From Elusimicrobiaceae bacterium (GTDB lineage Bacteria > Elusimicrobiota > Elusimicrobia > Elusimicrobiales > Elusimicrobiaceae): a stretch of 59,364 nucleotides of DNA. Where the stretch lies: assembly GCA_045225155.1 (NCBI GenBank), contig JBGVBB010000159.1, forward strand, positions 1 through 59,364, written 5' to 3'. Of the stretch, positions 37,101 to 45,877 are shown piece by piece. Each line of letters begins with the position of its first letter. The stretch's first letter is position 1. The notes beneath the pieces are model-generated. The model saw only the letters and a program-made list of their open reading frames with translations, searched no databases and had not been told where the DNA came from. A program made the translations under genes and the position numbers.

Positions 37101-38147
37101 TTAGTTTGAATTGTTATTATCTTTTAAACCTTTCATCTCGGGTAATGTTTCGCCTTTAGCGACAGTTTCGATAGCATCAATGATTTCTTGCCTAATGCGT
37201 AAGCCGCTATTAGGATAACCTGCTATAGCATGTTTTTGTTTTTTCCCGTGTATATGCAGAGCAATAATATTTTGTGGGTCATCGTCTTTAAAAATAGGGC
37301 CGCCGCTATTACCCTTAAAAGTATCTGCATTGTGATAAATTTCATATTCATACACTTTCCCTATTTTTCCAGGTGATTTGTATAAATTACGATATAATTT
37401 GTCGTTATTATAACCTACCACTGTAATATTTGTCTTAAATAATTCTTCATCAGGAACAATTTTTAATTTTAGCTTACCTGTTATATCACCTAAATTGCAA
37501 TTAAGAATAATAAGACCATAATCATGCTTCCATGTGTTTTCAGGATCTGTGTCATTGATATCATTAATAGATGCGACATATTCATCCGGTACCCATAATC
37601 GTTCTGATATTGCAAAAGGATAGTTCTTTTTAATTGATTTATCATACATCCATTTCGGTTGTTTTAGAGTTTTTTCCCCTATTTGCTCTTGGGCTATATT
37701 TTTTGCAGATTCATTTGACAGACCCATTTCTTTAGGGGTTTCAGATGCTATATTATCCGTTTTTAAGGATAAATTTTGATTTTTGTCAGATGGCTTTTGA
37801 TTTTGCACACCAACTGCGTATACTTTTACTCCTTCAACTATATTTCCTTCGTCATCAGTTAAACAGTGGGCTGCTGTTAATACTATATTAGATCCTACCA
37901 TCACACCTGAACAAGCAAATAATCCCCCCGATTTTCTGATTTCAATTACGACTACCGCCTGTTCCGTTTCAGATGCATTTTTGGTAATTTCTTCCCTATT
38001 ATCTTTACCTACTATTGTAGGGACATGCAGATCTTTTGATATGTCTTTTGATAAATCATTTAATACAGACATATCCATTTCAATTGCTTGCAAAGGTAAA
38101 GCAAGCAATATAAAAATACTGAATAAAGAAAACGAAATCTTTTTCAT
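37101..38147 (-). CDS. Secreted trypsin-like (S1 family) serine protease, paralogue 2
   Basis: Signal peptide nearly identical to paralogue 1 (ILLALPLQA). 'LTAAHC', 'HDYGLIIL' and 'GNSGGPIF'. Confidence 0.82.
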   Translation of the reverse strand: MKKISFSLFSIFILLALPLQAIEMDMSVLNDLSKDISKDLHVPTIVGKDNREEITKNASETEQAVVVIEIRKSGGLFACSGVMVGSNIVLTAAHCLTDDEGNIVEGVKVYAVGVQNQKPSDKNQNLSLKTDNIASETPKEMGLSNESAKNIAQEQIGEKTLKQPKWMYDKSIKKNYPFAISERLWVPDEYVASINDINDTDPENTWKHDYGLIILNCNLGDITGKLKLKIVPDEELFKTNITVVGYNNDKLYRNLYKSPGKIGKVYEYEIYHNADTFKGNSGGPIFKDDDPQNIIALHIHGKKQKHAIAGYPNSGLRIRQEIIDAIETVAKGETLPEMKGLKDNNNSN

Positions 38148-38228
38148 AATAACTCCAAATATCCGGCTATTATAATTAGTATAACCGATTAATGAATCAA
38201 AAACAAGGGTGTTTAAAAAAACTATCTT

Positions 38229-39416
38229 TTACGGTGGGCTCATAAGGCCGATATCGGTACCGGCCGTAAACGGGGTTTTAAGATACTTTTTGGCTTCATC
38301 ATAAATACCCCAATCTTCTTTATAATTTTTAATACTTTTATAGATTTCCAGGGCTTTTTCGCGTTGGCCTAAAGCGTCGTAACTTTGTGCCAAACGGAAA
38401 ATATTCCAAAGTTGCCAACGGCTCATTTCCTGGTGTTTTGTTGCTTCAATACTTTGCTCCAAAATTTTTACTGCCTCTTGATATTTACCTTCTTGCATAT
38501 CAGCACTTGCAAGGGCTGTATAAGAACGTGCGATATAAATTTCTTTATAAAACGGTTCTTTGCCGATTTTATTTAAAAAATCTTGTGCTCCGCTGCGGAC
38601 ATCTGCATAATTTTTATTTTGGTATGCCGCAATTATTGCAACGAATCTGAATAACGGGTTTTGCGGGTACTTTGCAATAATTTCTTTGATATATTGTTCC
38701 GCTAATGGCGGATTAGAATATTTTTTATTTTGAATTGCAATTTCCACAAGCAAAAGTTTTGCGGTATTTGCCGAGTATCTGCCCTTATTCTTAATTAAAT
38801 TAAGATATTCTATGCCTTTTTCCGCATTACCGCTTATCACAAGTTTTGCAAGCACTTTAACTACTGCCGGCAAAGTTCCGGCATAATATTCATAAATGGC
38901 TTTACCGAGATATGCATCATACATTTCAGGGTCAAGTTCCACGGCTTTATTCATGTATTTTAGGCCTTTTTTGCCGGTAAAATAAGCACGCACATAACTT
39001 CTGTTTGCAAGCAAAAAACGTGCCTTAACGCCATAAATTCCGCCAAGTGCAAGATATGCCTGTGCTTCATCCTTGTTTTGTTTAAGCCACGTTTCAATAC
39101 CTAATATTGAGGAATTTATAATATTTTCAAAAACTTCTGCTTGTTCAACATTACTTTTTTCGAACTCATATTCATAGCGGGCCCACTCAATCATTACTTG
39201 CCCAAAAAGGCCAAGCGGATAATTGGGATATTCTTTTAATAAGGTTGCAAGTTCTGTTCTTGCGGTAGGTAAATCAAGGTCGTAAATAGCATCAACGCCC
39301 TTATCGGCATGTGCTAAAATGGCGGGGTCTATTTTATCCCAAGCAAGTAAATTTACACTTAAAAAGCCAAAGGCCAAAAAAGCGAGGAGTCTATTTAACT
39401 TTTTCAATTTTTTCAC
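38229..39416 (-). CDS. Secreted tetratricopeptide-repeat (TPR) protein
   Basis: Signal peptide followed by multiple TPR-like A/Y/L-patterned helical pairs (e.g. 'AYLGKAIYEYYAG', 'ARSYTALASADMQEGKYQEAVKILEQ'). Confidence 0.72.
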   Translation of the reverse strand: MKKLKKLNRLLAFLAFGFLSVNLLAWDKIDPAILAHADKGVDAIYDLDLPTARTELATLLKEYPNYPLGLFGQVMIEWARYEYEFEKSNVEQAEVFENIINSSILGIETWLKQNKDEAQAYLALGGIYGVKARFLLANRSYVRAYFTGKKGLKYMNKAVELDPEMYDAYLGKAIYEYYAGTLPAVVKVLAKLVISGNAEKGIEYLNLIKNKGRYSANTAKLLLVEIAIQNKKYSNPPLAEQYIKEIIAKYPQNPLFRFVAIIAAYQNKNYADVRSGAQDFLNKIGKEPFYKEIYIARSYTALASADMQEGKYQEAVKILEQSIEATKHQEMSRWQLWNIFRLAQSYDALGQREKALEIYKSIKNYKEDWGIYDEAKKYLKTPFTAGTDIGLMSPP

Positions 39417-40683
39417 TTCCGAAATAAGGCCTTAAAGCGGTTGGGATTATAACAGAGCCGTCTTCTCGTTGATAATTTTCAAGTATTGCCGCAAATGTAC
39501 GGCCGACTGCAACACCGCTGCCGTTTAAAGTGTGAACATAAGCAGTGCCTTTTTGGCCATCTTTTTTGTAACGTAAATTCATGCGGCGTGCCTGGAAGTC
39601 CAAACAGTTTGAACAACTTGAAATTTCCCTAAAACAATTTTGGGAAGGGAACCAAACTTCCAAATCATAAGTTTTAGCGGAACTAAAACCCATATCTCCG
39701 CTTGAAAGTAATACACGGCGGTATGGTAAGCCAAGTGTTTTTAAAACAAGTTCTGCTTCCTGCGTCATCTTTTCCAAAACATCCATGCTTTCTTCGGGTT
39801 TGGAAAGCCAAACAAGTTCCACTTTGTTAAATTGGTGATTTCTAATTAAACCGCGTGTATCTTTACCGTAAGAGCCGGCCTCTTTCCTAAAACACGGTGT
39901 ATAAGCACAAAATGCTTTAGGCAAATCTGTTTCTTTTAACACTTGTCCGCGGTACATATTTGTTAAAGGAATTTCTGCGGTGGAAATTAAATATTGGTCT
40001 TCCTCGCCCTCAATGTGGTACATATCTTCTTTAAATTTCGGAAGTTGCCCTGTGCCGTATAAAACTTCGGCATTGACAATGGCCGGCGGCATAAATTCGG
40101 TATAGCCGTTTTTTGTGTGCAGGTCAATCATAAAATTAATTAAACTGCGTTCCAAACGACTGCCTTGCCCGCAAAGCAAAGCAAAGCGGCTGCCAGAAAG
40201 TTTTGATGCGGTTTCAAAATCCAAAATACCTAAATTTTCACCGATTTCATGATGGTCTTTAACTTTAAAATTAAATTGCGGTATAGGCAAAGTATTTTCT
40301 TTGACAACTACATTTGCTTTATCATCTGCCCCAACGGGTACACTGGTATCCGGTAAGTTTGGGATTGTGAGCATTATTTCTTCGATTTGTGCTTTAAGTG
40401 CTGTAGTTTTTTCTTCAAGTGCTTGCATGCTTTCTTTTAAAGCATTTGCCTCTTTTAATGCCGAAGCGGCTGCTTCCGGGCCTTCTTTGGCGCGGATCAT
40501 GCCGATTTTTTTGGAAATTTCATTTCTTTTGGATCTTTCATTTTCAAGTTCTTGCAATGCTTTTTTATATTCGCTTTGCAAATCAAAAACTTTTTGTGCG
40601 CTTTCGGCAAGTTTTGCATTCCTTGAAGTTAAACGCTTTTTTGTTTCTTCAAAATTATCTGTTATAAACTTAATATCTATCAT
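39391..40683 (-). CDS. serS: Seryl-tRNA synthetase
   Basis: N-terminal coiled-coil arm and class II core motifs ('TAEIPLTN', 'CFR.EAGS.G.DTRGL.R.HQF.KVE', 'GSG.A.GR'). Confidence 0.95.
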   Translation of the reverse strand: MIDIKFITDNFEETKKRLTSRNAKLAESAQKVFDLQSEYKKALQELENERSKRNEISKKIGMIRAKEGPEAAASALKEANALKESMQALEEKTTALKAQIEEIMLTIPNLPDTSVPVGADDKANVVVKENTLPIPQFNFKVKDHHEIGENLGILDFETASKLSGSRFALLCGQGSRLERSLINFMIDLHTKNGYTEFMPPAIVNAEVLYGTGQLPKFKEDMYHIEGEEDQYLISTAEIPLTNMYRGQVLKETDLPKAFCAYTPCFRKEAGSYGKDTRGLIRNHQFNKVELVWLSKPEESMDVLEKMTQEAELVLKTLGLPYRRVLLSSGDMGFSSAKTYDLEVWFPSQNCFREISSCSNCLDFQARRMNLRYKKDGQKGTAYVHTLNGSGVAVGRTFAAILENYQREDGSVIIPTALRPYFGSEKIEKVK

Positions 40684-40692
40684 AATACCTCT

Positions 40693-40923
40693 TTACTCTT
40701 CTGCTATATCTTTAACGGAGTAAGGCGCCGGAAAATACTTTTTTAAAGGACTGGCCTGTTGCCTTGATTCCTGTAAAACAAGTGCCTGCATGGTTTTAGC
40801 ATTAACTTGCACGCCCTGCCTTTGTTTTATTACGAAAACCAAAGCCAAAATTATGCAAACACACACAATACTCCAAATAAAAGAGTTTGAACTTTCTATT
40901 TCAATATCTGGGTGCTTTGTCAT
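40693..40923 (-). CDS. Small single-pass membrane protein (76 aa), hypothetical
   Basis: One TM helix (FIWSIVCVCIILALVFVI). ATGA overlap with the upstream lipoprotein gene. Confidence 0.5.
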   Translation of the reverse strand: MTKHPDIEIESSNSFIWSIVCVCIILALVFVIKQRQGVQVNAKTMQALVLQESRQQASPLKKYFPAPYSVKDIAEE

Positions 40924-41594
40924 AATGATTTCCCTTGTGCCTTTCTTACTTGTTTATCAAAACTTTTAATAATACCCTTTGCGCTTGAATCTAAAGCATC
41001 CAACCCGCTGATACCTTCCTGTGTATCATCACCTACCCAGATGACTTCCGCGGTATTTACATCAAGCATTTTTGCTACCACACCTACTTGGGCATAAATG
41101 GTATGTTCTGTTGCCATAATTTCTTTATTTTGCCTATAATCTTGCCCACCGTAAGTTTGTTTAAATTTTATAGCACCGTCGGGACCTTTTGTCATGTGAG
41201 TGTTATAGACAGGGGTGGAAGAAGTATTTTTCGTTACCCTGTATAACATGGTTTTTTGTTCAGGTAAATATGAAGTTATTTCCCCAATAAGCAAAACATC
41301 AACCCCCAAAATTTTACCTATTTGACGTGTCACATTAGGGGATAAATAATTTTCAGTTAAATCATGTTCTTCTAAAATTTGTTCAAGTTGTGCACGTTCT
41401 ACAACCGTATAACCGTATTTGATAAGGTATTTGGTAAATAGGTTTTCCGCACCGGAAAACGTGGGTGTTGGCGAATTAAACGGCAAAACACCTATGCGTT
41501 TCATATTGTTAAAGTTATAGGTTTTGCTTATATAAGACTTTGGCGCACAAGATATCAAGCAAAGTATCAGGGCCGACATTAAAAGTTTCTTCAT
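40920..41594 (-). CDS. Lipoprotein, CsgG/LpoB-like fold (tentative)
   Basis: Lipobox 'LISC'. The pattern 'IGVLPF......G......F...L...GY.VVER..L..IL.E' resembles CsgG/LpoB-type lipoproteins. The family assignment is tentative. Confidence 0.55.
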   Translation of the reverse strand: MKKLLMSALILCLISCAPKSYISKTYNFNNMKRIGVLPFNSPTPTFSGAENLFTKYLIKYGYTVVERAQLEQILEEHDLTENYLSPNVTRQIGKILGVDVLLIGEITSYLPEQKTMLYRVTKNTSSTPVYNTHMTKGPDGAIKFKQTYGGQDYRQNKEIMATEHTIYAQVGVVAKMLDVNTAEVIWVGDDTQEGISGLDALDSSAKGIIKSFDKQVRKAQGKSL

Positions 41595-41644
41595 ATAATA
41601 TATTATATAAATTTTGGGGCGCGCATAATTGATATAATATAATT

Positions 41645-42940
41645 ATGGAAAAATACAGTAAATATTTGTGGGCATTAGTTACCTTGGTATTTATTACATT
41701 TATAGGCGTGATGTCTTATTGGTACCCGGTTACTTTGGATGAGTATTTTAGGTGGGGCGATACATATGATTGGCAACTGATTGCAGATAGTTTCAGCAAA
41801 GTAATTCCTCGCGTGTCTGTATTTTTGTCTATTCCCGTTTTTATTTTGGGAAGATGGTTTTTTATTATTTTAAACCCTCTAATTCAGTTAGGGAATTGTT
41901 TATGTATTTTTTACATTTTATTTGTGCGTTTGCCAAATATAAAAAGTTTAAAAGATATGCCTTATTTTATAACTATTTTACTCATGAGTATATTTTTTGT
42001 TTGTGTGCCTTCACAAGTTATATTTTGGGTAAGCGGTGCAATTAATTATACATGGTCTATTTTATTCTTATTATTAATGTTATGTTTTGTCCGTAAAATC
42101 CAAACCGAAAAAATAGTTTTTAAAGATAATTTGTTTTTTAAAATATGTTTATTTGTGCTTGGTTTTATAGTAGGCATGAGTAATGAATGCATAGTACCTA
42201 TTGCCCTTGTGGCGACGGTGGGTTATGCTTTGTTTTGTGAATATAAAAAGATTAAAACACCGCGTACCTTAAGTTTTTTAATTTTTGGTTTGGCAATAGG
42301 ATGTTTGGTATTTTTCTCAGCCCCTGTACACTATAATAAAATGTCTATTGGCGGGCTTTCGAACATTTCGGCTGTTTCTTTTAGCAAAAAAATATTTTTC
42401 CATATATCGCATTTAAATGAACTTTTCAGTGCACAATTTTATTTGTTTTTCGGAGTAGTTATATTTTTAATCTTGGCATTTGTAGATAAAAATCATAAAA
42501 AAGACAAAAAAGAAGATTTGTGGACTTCTTTATTTATGTTATTTATTTCTTTTACCATGGCACTTATTCTGTTTGTAGTGCCACAACCTCCGGCACGTGC
42601 TTTTTATCCGGCATCAGTATTTTGTTTAATAGCTTTTCTGTTTTTGGTTAAGTATTATATAAAAATTTATAATTTTGATTTTTCTAAATGGCTTTGTTAT
42701 ATAATTTTGGCAATATGTTTATTTTTATCGCCACGTTTCATTTTACCTCACTATTCTTTACATATACAAGATAATATACACAAATATTTGGAAAGCCAGC
42801 CGGAGCCGATAATTATACCCTATATCGTGCTGAAAGGAACAACAGATAATTTAAGCATCGGTTTAATGGATCCGGCTAGGATGAGGGATCTTGGCAATAA
42901 TATGTATGGTACTGATGCTTCCCCTTTAATAAATTGGTAA
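41645..42940 (+). CDS. Large polytopic membrane protein (about 11-12 TM), possible GT-C-type glycosyltransferase or polymerase
   Basis: 431 aa, highly hydrophobic, very AT-rich gene lying next to kdsC. The function is inferred only from topology and context. Confidence 0.5.
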   Translation: MEKYSKYLWALVTLVFITFIGVMSYWYPVTLDEYFRWGDTYDWQLIADSFSKVIPRVSVFLSIPVFILGRWFFIILNPLIQLGNCLCIFYILFVRLPNIKSLKDMPYFITILLMSIFFVCVPSQVIFWVSGAINYTWSILFLLLMLCFVRKIQTEKIVFKDNLFFKICLFVLGFIVGMSNECIVPIALVATVGYALFCEYKKIKTPRTLSFLIFGLAIGCLVFFSAPVHYNKMSIGGLSNISAVSFSKKIFFHISHLNELFSAQFYLFFGVVIFLILAFVDKNHKKDKKEDLWTSLFMLFISFTMALILFVVPQPPARAFYPASVFCLIAFLFLVKYYIKIYNFDFSKWLCYIILAICLFLSPRFILPHYSLHIQDNIHKYLESQPEPIIIPYIVLKGTTDNLSIGLMDPARMRDLGNNMYGTDASPLINW

Positions 42941-42949
42941 AATATAATT

Positions 42950-43552
42950 ATGAACACATTAGCAGATAAAATTAAAAAAATAAAAGCAGTTATTACAGAT
43001 GTTGACGGCGTTTTAACAGATGCCACAATGAACTTTTTCAGTACGCCTGCCGGTAAAATTGCGGAAGTCAAAAAATTCTGTGCTTATGATGGAATTGGTT
43101 TTATTTTGCTCCGTGATTTCGGTTTCAAAACAGGTATTATTACCGGCGGTAATGCCCCGGCAACGGAACACAGGGCAAGTACGCTTGGTTTAGATTTTCT
43201 TTACTATAATTATCTTGATAAATTGCCTGCTTTAAAAGATTTAATGGCGCGTTGTAATTTAAAAGCGGAAGAAATTGCCTATATAGGTGATGACCTTATT
43301 GATATGCCCGCTTTAAAATATGTCGGCCTTGCTTGCGCTGTAAATAATGCTATGCCGGAAGTGAAGAGCGAAGCAGATTATATCACCCAGGTTGACGGCG
43401 GTAAAGGTGCTTTCAGGGAAGTTGCGGAACTTATTTTAAAAATGCAGGGCTTTTGGCCTGAAGCTTTAAAGAAATCGGAAGAAGGCACGATCGGCAGCAG
43501 CCAAAAACGACCTTTGGTTGTTATTGACTTTAAAAAACAAAATCAAAAATAA
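42950..43552 (+). CDS. kdsC: KDO 8-phosphate phosphatase (HAD-IIIA, KdsC)
   Basis: 'IKAVITDVDGVLTD', 'DG.G..LL...G....IITG' and 'GDDLIDMP' match KdsC. It carries a short extra C-terminal tail. Confidence 0.82.
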   Translation: MNTLADKIKKIKAVITDVDGVLTDATMNFFSTPAGKIAEVKKFCAYDGIGFILLRDFGFKTGIITGGNAPATEHRASTLGLDFLYYNYLDKLPALKDLMARCNLKAEEIAYIGDDLIDMPALKYVGLACAVNNAMPEVKSEADYITQVDGGKGAFREVAELILKMQGFWPEALKKSEEGTIGSSQKRPLVVIDFKKQNQK

Positions 43553-43566
43553 TCGGTAATTTTACA

Positions 43567-43595
43567 ACACCCCTGCTTTTGCGGGGGTGTTTTTA
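43567..43595 (+). terminator. Rho-independent terminator
   Basis: 10-bp stem acacccctgc/gcgggggtgt (43567-43590) followed by TTTT. Confidence 0.8.
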
Positions 43596-43597
43596 TA

Positions 43598-44461
43598 TTG
43601 TATAATTTAATTATGACGGTAATTATTGTTTTAATCGCTTTAATTATAGTGGCTTTTTGCATTAAACTTTATAAGGCACTTAATTGGCAGCAACCGCCCT
43701 TAAAAGTTTTTCCGAAAGACCTTGGTTTTGAAGCGGAAAATATAACTTTCCAAAATGAAGACGGAATAACACTAAAGGGGTGGTTTATATCTTGTAAAAA
43801 TTCTTCAAAAACTCTTGTTTTGATGCATGGGTTTGAGATGGATAAAAGCCAAATACTTCCGCAAACCGTAAATTTAGCTAAAAAATATAATTTATTTTAT
43901 TTTGATTTTCGCGGCATGGGGGAAAGTGCCGGCAAAAGTGCACAAGGCCTAAGGGAGTATTTAGATGCCCAAGCTGCTTTGAAATATCTTCGTAAAAATA
44001 AACCGAATCAATGTAAAGATATTGCCCTATATGGCATAAGTTTGGGTGCTTCGGTTGCTTCTTATATCGCTGCCACAGATAAAGCAATTAAAGCAGTTAT
44101 TTTAGAGGCCTGTTTCTATTCTTATAAAAGGGTAGTTCGCAAATGGGCATGGAATCATCACACTTTGCCTTATTACCCGATTGTTTACATCTTTTTACGC
44201 TTTAAAAGGCTTAAATTTCATACGGGGCTTGAAGAATTATCACCTAAAACTTCAGCGCCTTTAATTAAATGTCCTGTTTTGCAAATACATGGCAAGAACG
44301 ATCATTTAGTTTCTTATAAAAGAGCATTACGTGTTTTTGATGCCGTAAAATCCACCAAAGAACTTTGGCTTGTGGAAGGTGCCGGGCATACGCGTTGCCA
44401 CGAAATTGCCGGCCCAAAATATCTGCAAGAGATTTCCAAATTTCTTGAAAAATATTTTTAA
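43598..44461 (+). CDS. Alpha/beta hydrolase (membrane anchored)
   Basis: N-terminal TM helix. Nucleophile elbow 'GISLGAS', C-terminal 'D.LV' and 'GAGH'. The ORF-track start is a TTG. The first ATG is at 43613. Confidence 0.78.
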   Translation: MYNLIMTVIIVLIALIIVAFCIKLYKALNWQQPPLKVFPKDLGFEAENITFQNEDGITLKGWFISCKNSSKTLVLMHGFEMDKSQILPQTVNLAKKYNLFYFDFRGMGESAGKSAQGLREYLDAQAALKYLRKNKPNQCKDIALYGISLGASVASYIAATDKAIKAVILEACFYSYKRVVRKWAWNHHTLPYYPIVYIFLRFKRLKFHTGLEELSPKTSAPLIKCPVLQIHGKNDHLVSYKRALRVFDAVKSTKELWLVEGAGHTRCHEIAGPKYLQEISKFLEKYF

Positions 44462-44465
44462 CAAT

Positions 44466-44497
44466 AAAAAAGGCCTGCTAGATGCAGGCCTTTTTAA
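44466..44497. terminator. Bidirectional terminator between convergent genes
   Basis: A-run, ggcctgc (44473-44479), loop, gcaggcc (44485-44491), then T-run. A near-identical copy lies at 45209-45240. Confidence 0.8.
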
Positions 44498-44511
44498 AGT
44501 AAATTAGCAAA

Positions 44512-45159
44512 TTAGAATCTGCCGTTTACGATAACCATAACAGGTAACCAACCGTTGTTGTTTATGATGTTAACTAAACCGATTTGTAAACCTTTATCAA
44601 TGCGTTTTGTGTAGTTAACAAGAGCAAGTTGCAAACCTGTTAAATTTTCTGCATAGTTAAATAAGTAGCCTAATTGAGCACCTTTAACGTTATTAGCAAC
44701 ATTAACAAGACCTAATTGAGCACCGGTAAAATCTTTAGCGACATTTACTGCGCCCCATTCTACACCGGTAAAATTCTTTGCGATGTTTACAAAACCAAAT
44801 TGTACGCCGGTTAAGTTTCCTTTATTATGGTTAACAAAACCGCCGGTAACACCGGTAGCATCATTTGTTACATGGTATAAACCGCCCCATTGCACACCGG
44901 CCAAATGGTTTGTTCTTGTATAAATCCAAGCCCAAGATAAACCTGTAAGGTCATCAACTCTTGTGGAAAAGAGTGTCAAAGCAACACCTTTAACGGTAGG
45001 GGTATTGCTGTCAATAAGGCCTAATACGATATTAGTATTATCTGTTTTGGGCCAAGCAATATTGTCATACAAAGACAATTTGATTGGTGATTCGGCAGCT
45101 GCACTAATGCCTAATGTGGCAACTAATGCAACGAGCATTAATAACTTTTTCATGTACAT
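44512..45159 (-). CDS. Secreted repeat protein with ~14-15-aa 'xGxQxGxVNxAxxx' repeats and a C-terminal Phe, paralogue A (215 aa)
   Basis: Signal peptide. Tandem units TGVQFGFVNIAKNF/TGVEWGAVNVAKDF/TGAQLGLVNVANNV... The product ends ..VIVNGRF, an OMP beta-signal-like terminus. Confidence 0.7.
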   Translation of the reverse strand: MYMKKLLMLVALVATLGISAAAESPIKLSLYDNIAWPKTDNTNIVLGLIDSNTPTVKGVALTLFSTRVDDLTGLSWAWIYTRTNHLAGVQWGGLYHVTNDATGVTGGFVNHNKGNLTGVQFGFVNIAKNFTGVEWGAVNVAKDFTGAQLGLVNVANNVKGAQLGYLFNYAENLTGLQLALVNYTKRIDKGLQIGLVNIINNNGWLPVMVIVNGRF

Positions 45160-45208
45160 CCTCCTTTAAATATACATATATGTTACAATTTTTAGAGCTA
45201 AAAAACAT

Positions 45209-45240
45209 AAAAAAAGGCCTGCTAAATGCAGGCCTTTTTA
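45209..45240 (-). terminator. Terminator after paralogue B (duplicate of the 44466-44497 hairpin)
   Basis: ggcctgc (45216-45222) pairs with gcaggcc (45228-45234), flanked by A and T runs. Confidence 0.78.
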
Positions 45241-45255
45241 AAACAGTTCAAAAAA

Positions 45256-45813
45256 CTAGAATCTGCCGTTAACAATGACCATGATTGGTAACCAACCATT
45301 GCTTTCAATAATGTTAACTAAACCGATTTGTAAACCTCTATCAATTCTGTTGATATAGTTTACGAAACCGAGTTGCAAACCTGTTAATCTTTCTGCTTGG
45401 TTGTAAAAGCCCCATTGGAGACCTTTCATATTGTTTGCTAAGTTTACTAAACCGAGTTCTGCACCGGTGAAGGCACCTTTGTTGTGGTTAACAAGACCGA
45501 AGGTTACACCTGTTGCTCTGTTGGTGACATCATATAAAGCCCATTGTACACCGGCTAATTTGTTAGATCTGGCATAGATCCAGGCCCAAGATGCACCGGT
45601 AAGATCATCAACTCTTGAAGAACCGATTGCTAAAGAAACACCTTTAACGGTCGGTGTATTATTATCAACAAGACCTAATACGATATTAGCATTATTGGTT
45701 TCCGGCCAAGCAATATTGTCATATAAAGACAATTTGACTGGTGATTCAGCAGCTGCATAGACGCCTAAAGTAGCAACTAATACAGCAAGCATTAATAACT
45801 TTTTCATGGACAT
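45256..45813 (-). CDS. Secreted repeat protein, paralogue B (185 aa)
   Basis: Colinear with paralogue A at both the N- and C-termini (…ESPVKLSLYDNIAWP…, …LQIGLVNIIESNGWLPIMVIVNGRF). It is 30 aa shorter, which equals two repeat units. Confidence 0.7.
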   Translation of the reverse strand: MSMKKLLMLAVLVATLGVYAAAESPVKLSLYDNIAWPETNNANIVLGLVDNNTPTVKGVSLAIGSSRVDDLTGASWAWIYARSNKLAGVQWALYDVTNRATGVTFGLVNHNKGAFTGAELGLVNLANNMKGLQWGFYNQAERLTGLQLGFVNYINRIDRGLQIGLVNIIESNGWLPIMVIVNGRF

Positions 45814-45877
45814 CCTCCTTTTAGAACATCTAGATATATATTACAATTTTTTAAAGCGAAAATTACATTTTTTTTGC

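Noticed and set aside
40301-40723. 140-aa plus-strand ORF.
   Set aside because: It is antisense to serS and is a shadow ORF.
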